64,000 nucleotides of DNA. Origin: an uncultured delta proteobacterium (GTDB lineage: Bacteria > Desulfobacterota > Binatia > Binatales > Binataceae). Of the stretch, positions 52,138 through 60,501 are shown in pieces. The notes below the pieces were generated by a model, which saw only the letters and a program-made list of their open reading frames with translations, was not told the DNA's origin and searched no databases. Position numbers and translations under genes: made by a program. Location: positions 217,482 through 281,481 of the forward strand of contig CAWHNS010000002.1 in the NCBI GenBank assembly GCA_963830715.1. The letters are read 5' to 3'. The first letter of the stretch is position 1. Every line of letters begins with the position of its first letter.

Positions 52138-53826
52138 ATGGAATTCGATCTGAAAATCACCGGCGGCTCGATAATCGACGGAACCGGCGGACCCGGTTTC
52201 ACGGGCGACGTCGGGATCATCGGCGGCAAGATCGTTGCGATCGGCCGGGTCGAAGGCTCCGCCGCGCGCACGATCGACGCCGATGGCAAGGTCGTTGCGC
52301 CCGGATTCGTCGATATCCATACCCATTACGACGCGCAGGTGATGTGGGATCGGATGATGACGATCTCGCCGTGGCACGGCGTCACGACCGTGGTGATGGG
52401 CAACTGCGGCTTCGGAGTCGCGCCGACTCGCAGCGAGCATCGCGGACTCATCATGCGGACACTCGAGAAGGTGGAGGGCATGAGCCTCGAAGCGCTGGAG
52501 GCCGGCCTCGGCTACGAGTGGCCGTTCGAGACTTTCGCGCAGTACCTCGACGCGGTCGAGCGACGCGGTATCGCGATCAACGCGGGCGCGATGGTCGGTC
52601 ATACGCCGGTGCGGCTCTACGTGATGGGCGAAGATGCGACCGAGCGGGCCGCGACGCCGGAAGAGACCGCCGCGATGCGCGCGATCGTTCGCGAGGCGAT
52701 CGATGCCGGCGCGATGGGCTTCGCCACCTCGAAATCGCAGACCCATATCGGCTACGGCGGAAAGCCGGTGCCGAGCCGCGCTTCCGACCTCGACGAGATC
52801 AAGGCGCTGGCTGGAGCGCTCGGCGAGGCCGGCCGCGGCATCATGCAGGCAACCGTAGGGCGCGAGTTGTTCTTCAACGAATTCGCCGATATCGCGCGCG
52901 CCACCGGACGCCCGGTGACCTGGACCGCGCTGCTGGCCGGCATGATGGGTCCGGGGAGCCATAGGCAACTGCTGGAACGCAACCGCGAAGCCTGCGCCGG
53001 CGGCGCTCGCGTTATCCCGCAGGTCGCATGCCGCCCGCTGAACTTCGAGTTCAACTTCAAGGAACCCTTCATCTTCGAGAGCATGGCGCTGTTCAAGCCT
53101 GTCTCCGCCGCCGACCACGAAGGCAAGATGAGGATCTATCGCGACCCGGAGTTCCGGCGCACGCTGAAAGAGAAAGCGGGCGCCGGCTCGAAAGGCGCGT
53201 TCGCCGATCGATGGGATCGGACTTCTATATCGTATTGCCCGGCCGAGCCGGGGCTCGAGGAACGATCGCTGGCGGAAGTCGCGCGCGAACGCAAAGCGGA
53301 TCCGATCGATCTCGCACTCGATCTGTCGCTCGCCTCCGACCTCAGCGCGCGTTTCCGGATGTCCGTGCTGAACAACCAGGAGGAGGAAGTCGCCGAGCTG
53401 CTCAATGCTCCCGGGACGGTGCTCGGCCTCTCGGATGCGGGCGCTCATGCGAGCCAGCTCTGCGACGCGTGCTTCTCCACTTATCTTCTCGGACGATGGG
53501 TGCGCGAGAAGGCCGCGATTCCGATCGAGCGCGCAATCTGGATGCTGACGGCGCGGCCGGCCGAGGTCTTCGGAATCACGGACCGGGGGCGGCTTGCGAT
53601 CGGGATGGCCGCCGACGTGACGATCTTCGATCCCGCGACGGTTGGCGCGGGCAAGCTGCGCCGGGTCAACGATCTGCCGGCGGGCGCCGATCGCCTCGTC
53701 TCGGATGCGATCGGGATCGATGCGGTGATCGTGAACGGCGCGGTAATCCGCCGTGAGGGCAAGGACGTAGTCGATCCCGACGGTCCGCTGCCCGGAAGGG
53801 TGCTGCGCCACGGCCGGGCTACCTAA
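52138..53826 (+). CDS. N-acyl-D-amino-acid deacylase (D-aminoacylase) family amidohydrolase
   Basis: DLKITGGSIIDGTGGPGFTGDVGIIGGKIVAIG...APGFVDIHTHYD. GGAGG lies 8 nt upstream of the ATG at 52138. Confidence 0.85.
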   Translation: MEFDLKITGGSIIDGTGGPGFTGDVGIIGGKIVAIGRVEGSAARTIDADGKVVAPGFVDIHTHYDAQVMWDRMMTISPWHGVTTVVMGNCGFGVAPTRSEHRGLIMRTLEKVEGMSLEALEAGLGYEWPFETFAQYLDAVERRGIAINAGAMVGHTPVRLYVMGEDATERAATPEETAAMRAIVREAIDAGAMGFATSKSQTHIGYGGKPVPSRASDLDEIKALAGALGEAGRGIMQATVGRELFFNEFADIARATGRPVTWTALLAGMMGPGSHRQLLERNREACAGGARVIPQVACRPLNFEFNFKEPFIFESMALFKPVSAADHEGKMRIYRDPEFRRTLKEKAGAGSKGAFADRWDRTSISYCPAEPGLEERSLAEVARERKADPIDLALDLSLASDLSARFRMSVLNNQEEEVAELLNAPGTVLGLSDAGAHASQLCDACFSTYLLGRWVREKAAIPIERAIWMLTARPAEVFGITDRGRLAIGMAADVTIFDPATVGAGKLRRVNDLPAGADRLVSDAIGIDAVIVNGAVIRREGKDVVDPDGPLPGRVLRHGRAT

Positions 53827-53864
53827 CCCCCTGGCCCCCTTCCCCTGAAGGGGAAGGGGGAACC
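53822..53864. repeat. REP-like hairpin (family CCTAACCCC..CCCCTTCCCC-TGAA-GGGGAAGGGG)
   Basis: 11-bp perfect stem (53835-53845 with 53850-53860). Nearly identical to 14884-14922. Confidence 0.8.
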
Positions 53865-53874
53865 TGGATCGCGG

Positions 53875-54537
53875 ATGATGTTCAGCGCGGAACTTTGGAG
53901 ATTGATCGCGCCAATCTATGCCGCGATCCTGGACCATCCGTTCATCAAGGGGCTGACCGACGGATCGCTGCCGCGCGAGAGTTTCCAGTTCTATGTCGTT
54001 CAGGACGCGCTCTATCTGCGCGAGTATGCGCGCGCGCTCTCGATCCTCGCCGCGCGGGCGCCGCGCGACGAGTGGATAATCATGTTCAACGAGCATGCGG
54101 CGGGCGCGCTGCGGGTCGAGCGCTCGCTCCACGACGGCTTCTTCAAGGACTTCGGCCTGAGCCAGCAAGACGTTGACGCGACTGCGCTCGCGCCGACCAA
54201 TCTTGCATACACGAGCTACTTGCTGTCGGTTGCCTACCGGGCGCCGTTCCATGAAGCGCTGGCCACGGTCTTGCCCTGCTACTGGATCTACTGGGAAGTC
54301 GGCAAGGAACTGGAGCGCAAGGGATCACCCAATCCTTTATATAGCCGATGGATCTCGACCTACGCGTCGGAAGAGTTCGGCGCGCTGGTCCGCGCGGCGA
54401 TCGAGGCCACCGATATCACGGCGGCATCGGTGCAAGCCGCGGACCTCGAAGCGATGCGACGGCATTTCATCACCACCAGCCGCTACGAGTGGATGTTCTG
54501 GGAGATGGGCTATCGGCGCGAGCAATGGCCCGTGTGA
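53875..54537 (+). CDS. tenA: TenA-family aminopyrimidine aminohydrolase (thiaminase II)
   Basis: HPFIKGLTDGSLPRESFQFYVVQDALYLREYARAL and LPCYWIYWEVG motifs. Confidence 0.85.
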   Translation: MMFSAELWRLIAPIYAAILDHPFIKGLTDGSLPRESFQFYVVQDALYLREYARALSILAARAPRDEWIIMFNEHAAGALRVERSLHDGFFKDFGLSQQDVDATALAPTNLAYTSYLLSVAYRAPFHEALATVLPCYWIYWEVGKELERKGSPNPLYSRWISTYASEEFGALVRAAIEATDITAASVQAADLEAMRRHFITTSRYEWMFWEMGYRREQWPV

Positions 54538-54546
54538 CGGCAACTG

Positions 54547-55389
54547 CTACGGCACCTCCATCCCGAAGGCCACCTTCAGATCGTCGCCGGCGAATGGGTA
54601 CACGTGAATCATCCATCCGAAGATCTGCTTGTGGAAGTTGCCGCCGACGGCTTCGCAATCGGCGGCGTTCGAGATCGTGCCCGCGAATCCGAAGCGCGGA
54701 TCGGCCAGGTATCCGAGCCGAATCCGGTCGCGGTCGCCCGCGCCCCATCTTCGCGTCGAATCGACTCCGGGTGGGTCGATTCCCGATGAAATGTCCGGGC
54801 GCGGAATGACTCGCCCGTTCATCACGTCATTCACCGTAATCCCGTTGGGCAGGCAGATATTGGTGTGGGCGTGCCAATGGCCGATACCCAATGGAATCCG
54901 CTCATCGAGTTCCGAGATTGTCGCGTCGGGTGCCGCGTCGTACATCGCGCCGACCAGGCGCCATCCGCCGAAGCTCTGCTTCACATACAGCAGCGACCCC
55001 GGATGCGCGATGTCGATGTCGCCGTTGTACTCGCGGGCGGTCTCATCCCGGTTGGCGAAGTGGTAAACGTCTTGGGGAATGGTAGGCATGAACGGGAGGT
55101 AGCCGTCCGCTTCCGCCACTTTGTAGTCCTGGTACTTGCCGAGCGTAGCACGCATCGTGTTGAGGATTTCCCGCGCGCGCTTCAGGTCCTCCGGCGTCGT
55201 CGGCCGCGATTCGGTCATCGTCATATGCGGCCCCATCCGCATGTGCGCGCCCATCGCACCCATCGCGCCGGTGTCGGTGTTTGCGTCCGTTCCCATGTTC
55301 ATCCCCTGCATGTCGTCCGCGAGCGCGAACGGAGCAAACATTACTGCGACGAACGCGATCGCGATTCGCAGCCCTGATCTGGTCTTCAT
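54547..55389 (-). CDS. hypothetical secreted protein with Met/His-rich N-terminal region
   Basis: The ATG at 55389 gives the signal peptide MKTRSGLRIAIAFVAVMFAPFALA, followed by DDMQGMNMG...GAMGAMGAHMRMGPHMTM. No family recognised. Confidence 0.5.
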   Translation of the reverse strand: MKTRSGLRIAIAFVAVMFAPFALADDMQGMNMGTDANTDTGAMGAMGAHMRMGPHMTMTESRPTTPEDLKRAREILNTMRATLGKYQDYKVAEADGYLPFMPTIPQDVYHFANRDETAREYNGDIDIAHPGSLLYVKQSFGGWRLVGAMYDAAPDATISELDERIPLGIGHWHAHTNICLPNGITVNDVMNGRVIPRPDISSGIDPPGVDSTRRWGAGDRDRIRLGYLADPRFGFAGTISNAADCEAVGGNFHKQIFGWMIHVYPFAGDDLKVAFGMEVP

Positions 55390-55730
55390 GATCGGCGCCT
55401 CAGTTGAACGGATTTGTATCTCCCACGATAGCGCCGTCGAACTAATCCGGCCACAGGTACATCTCGTCTCGTGAGACACATCGTCAGGATGCCAAAGTGC
55501 GAGTGGCGGCAAAAAATTCTTGCCTCACAGTATTGGATCGATCGCCTCGCAGTGCGGGCTGCGGTGTTTCAGCGGCGCAACATCGGGTGCTAACCAACGC
55601 ATTCGCCATCGCCACGACAGGCTGCGGCGGGCTTTAGGACCCAGTGCGCCGCATGCACGCTTTACAGGGTTTTCGCGACGGCGAGGTGCGCATTGTCCGA
55701 AAACGCTGGCATAGGCGTTTCTTCGCGCAG

Positions 55731-55746
55731 TGGCACTCCACTTGCA
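55731..55746 (+). promoter_or_regulatory. sigma-54-type -24/-12 promoter candidate
   Basis: TGGCAC-tccac-TTGCA matches the TGGCAC-N5-TTGCW consensus exactly. It lies 14 nt upstream of an ATG at 55760 (81-codon ORF ending at 56005, function unknown). Confidence 0.3.
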
Positions 55747-56012
55747 CTGGAGTGACACCATGGCGAACAGCGTTGCTGAGAACCCGACTCGAGCTGCCTC
55801 TTCCGGAGCGGTCAGTCGCCCGCCCGCGAGGGTGGTGGACGCGGCGATGGTAGCGCTGTCAATCGCCGCACTGCTATCCGCGATCTTCCGCCCGGCCACC
55901 GCGCCGCCGTCGCACAACGGGGAGACGGCGTACAGCGCTCCGCGCAACCAGGGTTCCGCTCCCGCGCGGAGGCCATCTGCGGATCACGTCCCTTCGCGGG
56001 GCTAGACTCCGA

Positions 56013-57272
56013 TCAGCCGAGTTCGGCCGCGGTGTCGGCGATAGCGCCGGCGGCGCGATCGCGGATCTCGTCCATCAGGCGATCGTTGATTACGGTCGAG
56101 AGTGCGATCAACCCGCGTGGCGCGATGAAGAGGCCGTGGTTGAGCGCTGCGAGATGGAACATCCGCATCGCGCGAGAGTCGGCGCGTGCGACCGTTGCCG
56201 GCGGCGCCTCGTTCAGAAAGAAGACATTGAGCAGCGAGCCCGCCTGACGGATCGAGAACGGCAGCCCGGCCTTTTTCGCCGCGCGAGCGAGTTCGCTTGC
56301 GAGATGGCCCGCGAGCCGATCCATCGCGGCGATTCTCTCGGCGGTGAGTTCGCGAACCGAGACGGCGCCGGCCGCGCAGGTCAGCGGATTGCCGTTGAAG
56401 GTTCCCGAATGCCATAGCGGCGAGCGGCCACGCGGGTCGAAGATCGACATGACGGCCTCGCTGCCGCCGAGCGCTCCAACCGGCAATCCGCCGCCGATGA
56501 TCTTGCCCATCATGGTGAGGTCGGGACGCACTCCGGCGAGCGACTGCGCTCCGCCGGTTGCGAGGCGCAGCGTTATCACCTCATCGATCACGAACAGAGC
56601 TCCCGCGGTGCGGGCCGCGCCGGCAACGCTCTGCAGGAATCCTTCCGGCGGAGTGACTATTCCCGCCGAGCCCATCACCGGCTCGAGGAACACCGCGGCG
56701 ATCTCGCCGCCGCGCTGCTCGAGGATCCGCTCGAACGCTCCGGCGTCGCCATAGTCGGCCAATAGCGTGCGTTCAGCGTCGCGGCCGGCCATCCCGGCCT
56801 CGAAATCGTCGTACGAGCCGTGATACCCGTAGCGCGCCATCAGGACAAGCTTGCGGTCCGTCAGGCGGCGCGCCGCCTGGATCGCGAGCATCCCGGCTTC
56901 CGTACCCGAATTGCAAAACCGCACGCGCTCGACCGACGCGACGCGCGCGCACAACAGCGCCGCAAGTTCGGTCTGCGCCTCGGATCGCGCCGGCCACGCG
57001 GTGCCGCGACGCATCGCGGCCGCGATCGCGTCGCAAATTGGCGGGTAGGCGTGCCCGTGCACGAGGCTCGTATAGTTGCCCAGCAAATCAATGTAGCGGT
57101 TGCCATCGGCGTCCCACATGAACGGTCCCTCGCCGCGCGCGATCACCAGCGGGTAGGGGCGGTAGTAGGTCGTCGAGCGGGTATCTCCGCCGGGCATCAC
57201 CGCTTCCGCGCCGGCGGCCAGCTCGGCGGATTTGGGGGTGGCGGCGCGGTAGCGCTCCTCGATTCGGCTCAT
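56013..57272 (-). CDS. class III aminotransferase (glutamate-1-semialdehyde 2,1-aminomutase-like)
   Basis: 420 aa from the ATG at 57272, with GAGGTG upstream. Motifs AVMPGGDTRS, FCNSGTEA, VIDEV and MGKIIGGGLPVGA (PLP lysine region). The ORF-track 660-aa form is an extension antisense to ridA. Confidence 0.85.
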   Translation of the reverse strand: MSRIEERYRAATPKSAELAAGAEAVMPGGDTRSTTYYRPYPLVIARGEGPFMWDADGNRYIDLLGNYTSLVHGHAYPPICDAIAAAMRRGTAWPARSEAQTELAALLCARVASVERVRFCNSGTEAGMLAIQAARRLTDRKLVLMARYGYHGSYDDFEAGMAGRDAERTLLADYGDAGAFERILEQRGGEIAAVFLEPVMGSAGIVTPPEGFLQSVAGAARTAGALFVIDEVITLRLATGGAQSLAGVRPDLTMMGKIIGGGLPVGALGGSEAVMSIFDPRGRSPLWHSGTFNGNPLTCAAGAVSVRELTAERIAAMDRLAGHLASELARAAKKAGLPFSIRQAGSLLNVFFLNEAPPATVARADSRAMRMFHLAALNHGLFIAPRGLIALSTVINDRLMDEIRDRAAGAIADTAAELG

Positions 57273-57403
57273 GTTTTTCACCTCGGGCTTTTCACCTCGG
57301 GACTCGCTTCGCTTCCGGCCCGCAACTGTCTCCCTCGGACGCGCGGAGAAGATCAAGGAAGGCGGCCCGATCCTTCGACAACTCAGGACAAGGGTTCCAC
57401 CTG

Positions 57404-57805
57404 CTAGGGCAGCATCGCGATCGCTTCGACCTCGATCAGCAGGCCGTCGAGAGCAAGCGCCGCAACGCCCACCATCGTGCTCGCCGGGGGATTCTCTTTG
57501 CCGAAAAATTCGCGCCGTACTTCGCCGATCAGCGCCAGGTCCGACGGCTTGCAGTTCACCACGTAGGTCGTGATTTTGACCACGTCGGCGGGCGTCGCGC
57601 CTGCGCCGGACAGAGCCGCGCCAAGGTTCTGGTACGCCTGCCGCGCCTGCGCGCGCAAATCTCCCGCGCCCGCGAGCTGCATTTCCTTCGTATATGCGAC
57701 CTGTCCGGCGACGAAGAGCATCCTGCGACCGCCCTCGACCGCGACGACATGCGTGTAACCGCGCGGCGGATGAAGCGCCGGAGGATTTACGAATTGTTTT
57801 TGCAT
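57404..57805 (-). CDS. RidA/YjgF family reactive-intermediate deaminase
   Basis: 133 aa with the GYTHVV...FVAGQVA...IEVEAIA pattern. Confidence 0.85.
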   Translation of the reverse strand: MQKQFVNPPALHPPRGYTHVVAVEGGRRMLFVAGQVAYTKEMQLAGAGDLRAQARQAYQNLGAALSGAGATPADVVKITTYVVNCKPSDLALIGEVRREFFGKENPPASTMVGVAALALDGLLIEVEAIAMLP

Positions 57806-57969
57806 GTGGCCTCCTGATTTTGTCCCGAGAATAGCATCGATGCGTCAATAGCTCACATAGATTTGGCAGGCTGGTCGCGAAGTTTGCAGTCCGCAAGCGG
57901 GCCAAACCGATCAGCCTGATGGACGGTTGCAAATTCTTCCCGGCTGTTTTACAGAAGTCTGCGAATCGC

Positions 57970-58374
57970 ATGAAGCCGAAGGTAAGTATTATCACTCTCG
58001 GAGTTACGGACTTCGAGCGATCGATGCGGTTCTATCGCGAGGGGCTCGGATTTCCCACGCACAACTTCAAGCCAGGCGAAGACATCGTCTTCTTCAAGAT
58101 GGAAGGCTCGTGGATTGCGCTCTATCCGCGCGAGAAGCTTGCCGAAGATGCGACCGTCTCGTCCGATGGCTCCGGCTTCACCGGTATTACGCTGGCCCAT
58201 AACGTGAAGACCAAGGCCGAGGTCAACGCGGTGATCGCTCTGGCCGCGAAAGCCGGCGCGCGAATCGTGAAAAAGCCCCAGCAGGTTTTCTGGGGCGGAT
58301 ACTCGGGTTACTTTGCGGATCCCGACGGATATCTCTGGGAAGTCGCCTACAATCCCTTCACCGACTTGACCTGA
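57970..58374 (+). CDS. VOC-family (glyoxalase/bleomycin-resistance fold) protein
   Basis: VSIITLGVTDFERSMRFYREGLGF ... DPDGYLWEVAYNP. Confidence 0.8.
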   Translation: MKPKVSIITLGVTDFERSMRFYREGLGFPTHNFKPGEDIVFFKMEGSWIALYPREKLAEDATVSSDGSGFTGITLAHNVKTKAEVNAVIALAAKAGARIVKKPQQVFWGGYSGYFADPDGYLWEVAYNPFTDLT

Positions 58375-58409
58375 AGCAGGTTCGCTGACTACGAACTGTT
58401 CCGGATCAG

Positions 58410-58841
58410 TCAGACCGTACGTATTCTCAAAACGGGGCATCGTGCGTGGCGCAGGATCTTTTCGGCAGTGCCGCCAGGCAGAAGAGAGTGCAGCCCGGTG
58501 CGGCCCTGCATCGAGATCACAATGAGGTCGATCTTCAGATCGTTCACCAGCTTGTCGATCACCTCGTGAACAACGCCAAAATGAAGTTCGGTGCGGCATT
58601 TGGGATAGAGCTGCATTGCTTCCTTCCCCAGGCGATCGAGGTCGACTGACGCCGCCTCGCCATAACGCTCGAGTAATTCCGCCGGGTCGTACCAGCGCGA
58701 AACCCCATAGGGCAGCGGCTCGACAACGTGAACGAGCACCACTTCGGATTCGTGTTCACGTGCGAGTTCCGTCGCGTATCTTAGCGCCGCCTGCGAGTGC
58801 GCGGAAAAGTCCGTAGGCACCAGAATCCGTTCTATTTTCAT
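58410..58841 (-). CDS. universal stress protein (UspA family)
   Basis: MKIERILVPTDFSAHSQAAL...GSTAEKILRHARCPVL type motifs (here GGTAEKILRHARCPVL). Confidence 0.85.
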   Translation of the reverse strand: MKIERILVPTDFSAHSQAALRYATELAREHESEVVLVHVVEPLPYGVSRWYDPAELLERYGEAASVDLDRLGKEAMQLYPKCRTELHFGVVHEVIDKLVNDLKIDLIVISMQGRTGLHSLLPGGTAEKILRHARCPVLRIRTV

Positions 58842-58877
58842 TCTTTTTTCCCCAGTCAAAGAAAAATTGCTCAGGAT

Positions 58878-59906
58878 TCATTGGAAAAAAGCCATTGAGT
58901 TCAAAACTGCGAAACAGAGAATCAGCAGCAGAGCCCCGGTGCCGAGGCCAATCCTCGCCCACTCGCGGCTTGTGATTCCCAGCCGGCTCGCCGCAACGAT
59001 GTTGGGTATGTTGCCAGTGACAAGCGCCCCTCCGCTAATCAGTAGGCCGAGGAACGCCGCACGCTGCTGATTCATGCTCAGGGACGGTCCTATCTCCACG
59101 GCCGCAAGGGTCGAATTGTTGACAACTGCGGAAATGGTGTTCATCCAAAACAACAGCCCATTTGGAAGGCGATGGATATACGCATCGATCACGGGCCTGA
59201 GACCATCCGAAAGTGCGACAAGTCCGGCGATAAAAACGTACACCTTGCCGGGACGAATCAGCAGGACAAGCCTCCACGGGTCCTTCCCTTCAGCCGCATC
59301 CACGCGCTCGCCGGAAGCGAACGGCAGAAACAAGGTAGGAACCGCGGCGAGAGCGACCCCGACAACAATGAATGGGCCGAGAAGGCGGGCAAGGTACCAG
59401 AAGTCGGCGTGCAGAGAGCGGAGAACGACTGCGATACCGGGCATGCCCAGAGGCGTGAGGCCCGCACCAAAGCCGATAGCGAAACAGGCAAATACCGTCG
59501 CGGCAATTTCCACCCATCGCTCACAACGAAGCAGAGAGATTGCTTCCACGAACACAAGCGCTGACACAACCGGAGTTATGAAGGCCGCGAGAAGGCCAAG
59601 CATGATCGCCAGGCAGAAACAGATAATCCGCGGGTCCAGCACTTGGATTACCCGCCGAAACAGCTGATCGAGATAGTCCCGCAGGAGACGAAAGGCGGCG
59701 CCGAAAATCAGAACGCCCAAAGTGAATGGGAGCGGCTCATTCAAGGCTGCCCAGACGACTGCCAAGCTGAATTGTCCCGTGATACAGGCGCTTAGCACTC
59801 CGACCAGCAGAAAAAAGAGTTCGACGTTCCGCTCAATCGGCCCGACGAAAACGGGTCCGAGCAGAACTACCAGGACGATCAGTGTCGCAAAGGCCAATGT
59901 CGCCAT
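58878..59906 (-). CDS. DUF1646-family integral membrane protein (putative cation transporter)
   Basis: A polytopic membrane protein of about 340 aa. The N-terminus GPIERNVELFFLLVGVLSA resembles DUF1646 as I recall it. The assignment is tentative. Confidence 0.5.
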   Translation of the reverse strand: MATLAFATLIVLVVLLGPVFVGPIERNVELFFLLVGVLSACITGQFSLAVVWAALNEPLPFTLGVLIFGAAFRLLRDYLDQLFRRVIQVLDPRIICFCLAIMLGLLAAFITPVVSALVFVEAISLLRCERWVEIAATVFACFAIGFGAGLTPLGMPGIAVVLRSLHADFWYLARLLGPFIVVGVALAAVPTLFLPFASGERVDAAEGKDPWRLVLLIRPGKVYVFIAGLVALSDGLRPVIDAYIHRLPNGLLFWMNTISAVVNNSTLAAVEIGPSLSMNQQRAAFLGLLISGGALVTGNIPNIVAASRLGITSREWARIGLGTGALLLILCFAVLNSMAFFQ

Positions 59907-60277
59907 CCTGGCGACCTAGTGTATCAACAAACTTTCGCCGAGGCAGAGTACCTGACGGCGCGTTCGGGTCGTCCGGTGATCGAACGTCCATAGGCCGCTA
60001 GTCCGCCACCTCGTACACCTCCGGGCTGGGCCGCCGCCTGCGGCGATCCGGCGCGCGCATTTCAAATTGCCGCAAGGTCCAATTGCAAATCGCGCGCGCC
60101 CGACGGCGACCTTTGACTAAAGGCCAGCATCGGCGGCGCTTCCCGGCGTGGCACGCTTACTGCGTTAGGAACCGGCGAGAGGTCGATAAGATAGCGTGTT
60201 TGCAATCAGCAAATGGTTGCCCCCGCTGAGTCTCGAATCTCATTTCGGATCCGTCTGACTATTGGAGGGTTTCCAAG

Positions 60278-60373
60278 GTGAACCTGGAGATTTGGCTGCC
60301 GGCGATGTTCCTTCTCGGACTAGTGAGCATGGGACTCTGCTACGCGTTCATGATCGCGTGCGAAAAGATTTAA
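60278..60373 (+). CDS. candidate 31-aa hydrophobic peptide upstream of kdpF
   Basis: GGAGGG lies 8 nt upstream of the GTG at 60278. It encodes (M)NLEIWLPAMFLLGLVSMGLCYAFMIACEKI, a single TM helix. Its TAA overlaps the AAGGAG RBS of kdpF. Confidence 0.3.
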   Translation: MNLEIWLPAMFLLGLVSMGLCYAFMIACEKI

Positions 60374-60384
60374 GGAGCTTGAAG

Positions 60385-60465
60385 ATGATTTATTTCACGT
60401 CGGCCGTATCGGCGTTCTTGTTCGTGTACTTGTGGGTCGCGCTCATTCGTCCTGAATGGTTCTAA
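60385..60465 (+). CDS. kdpF: K+-transporting ATPase subunit F
   Basis: The 26-aa MIYFTSAVSAFLFVYLWVALIRPEWF matches the KdpF pattern (...Y L . Y A L . R P E . F). AAGGAG RBS. Directly precedes kdpA. Confidence 0.7.
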   Translation: MIYFTSAVSAFLFVYLWVALIRPEWF

Positions 60466-60501
60466 GCGGCGAACCAGCGCTTCAACAAAGAGGTACAGAC
60501 T

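Noticed and set aside
55525-55947. A 140-aa minus-strand ORF in the 55.4-56.0 kb gap
   Set aside because: No RBS, no motif and an atypical composition. It overlaps the better-supported sigma-54 promoter and small-ORF candidate on the other strand. Left unannotated.
56013-57995. A 660-aa version of the aminotransferase ORF
   Set aside because: The N-terminal 240 aa are Arg-rich, overlap ridA in antisense and match nothing. A good RBS and an ATG at 57272 give a normal 420-aa class III aminotransferase.
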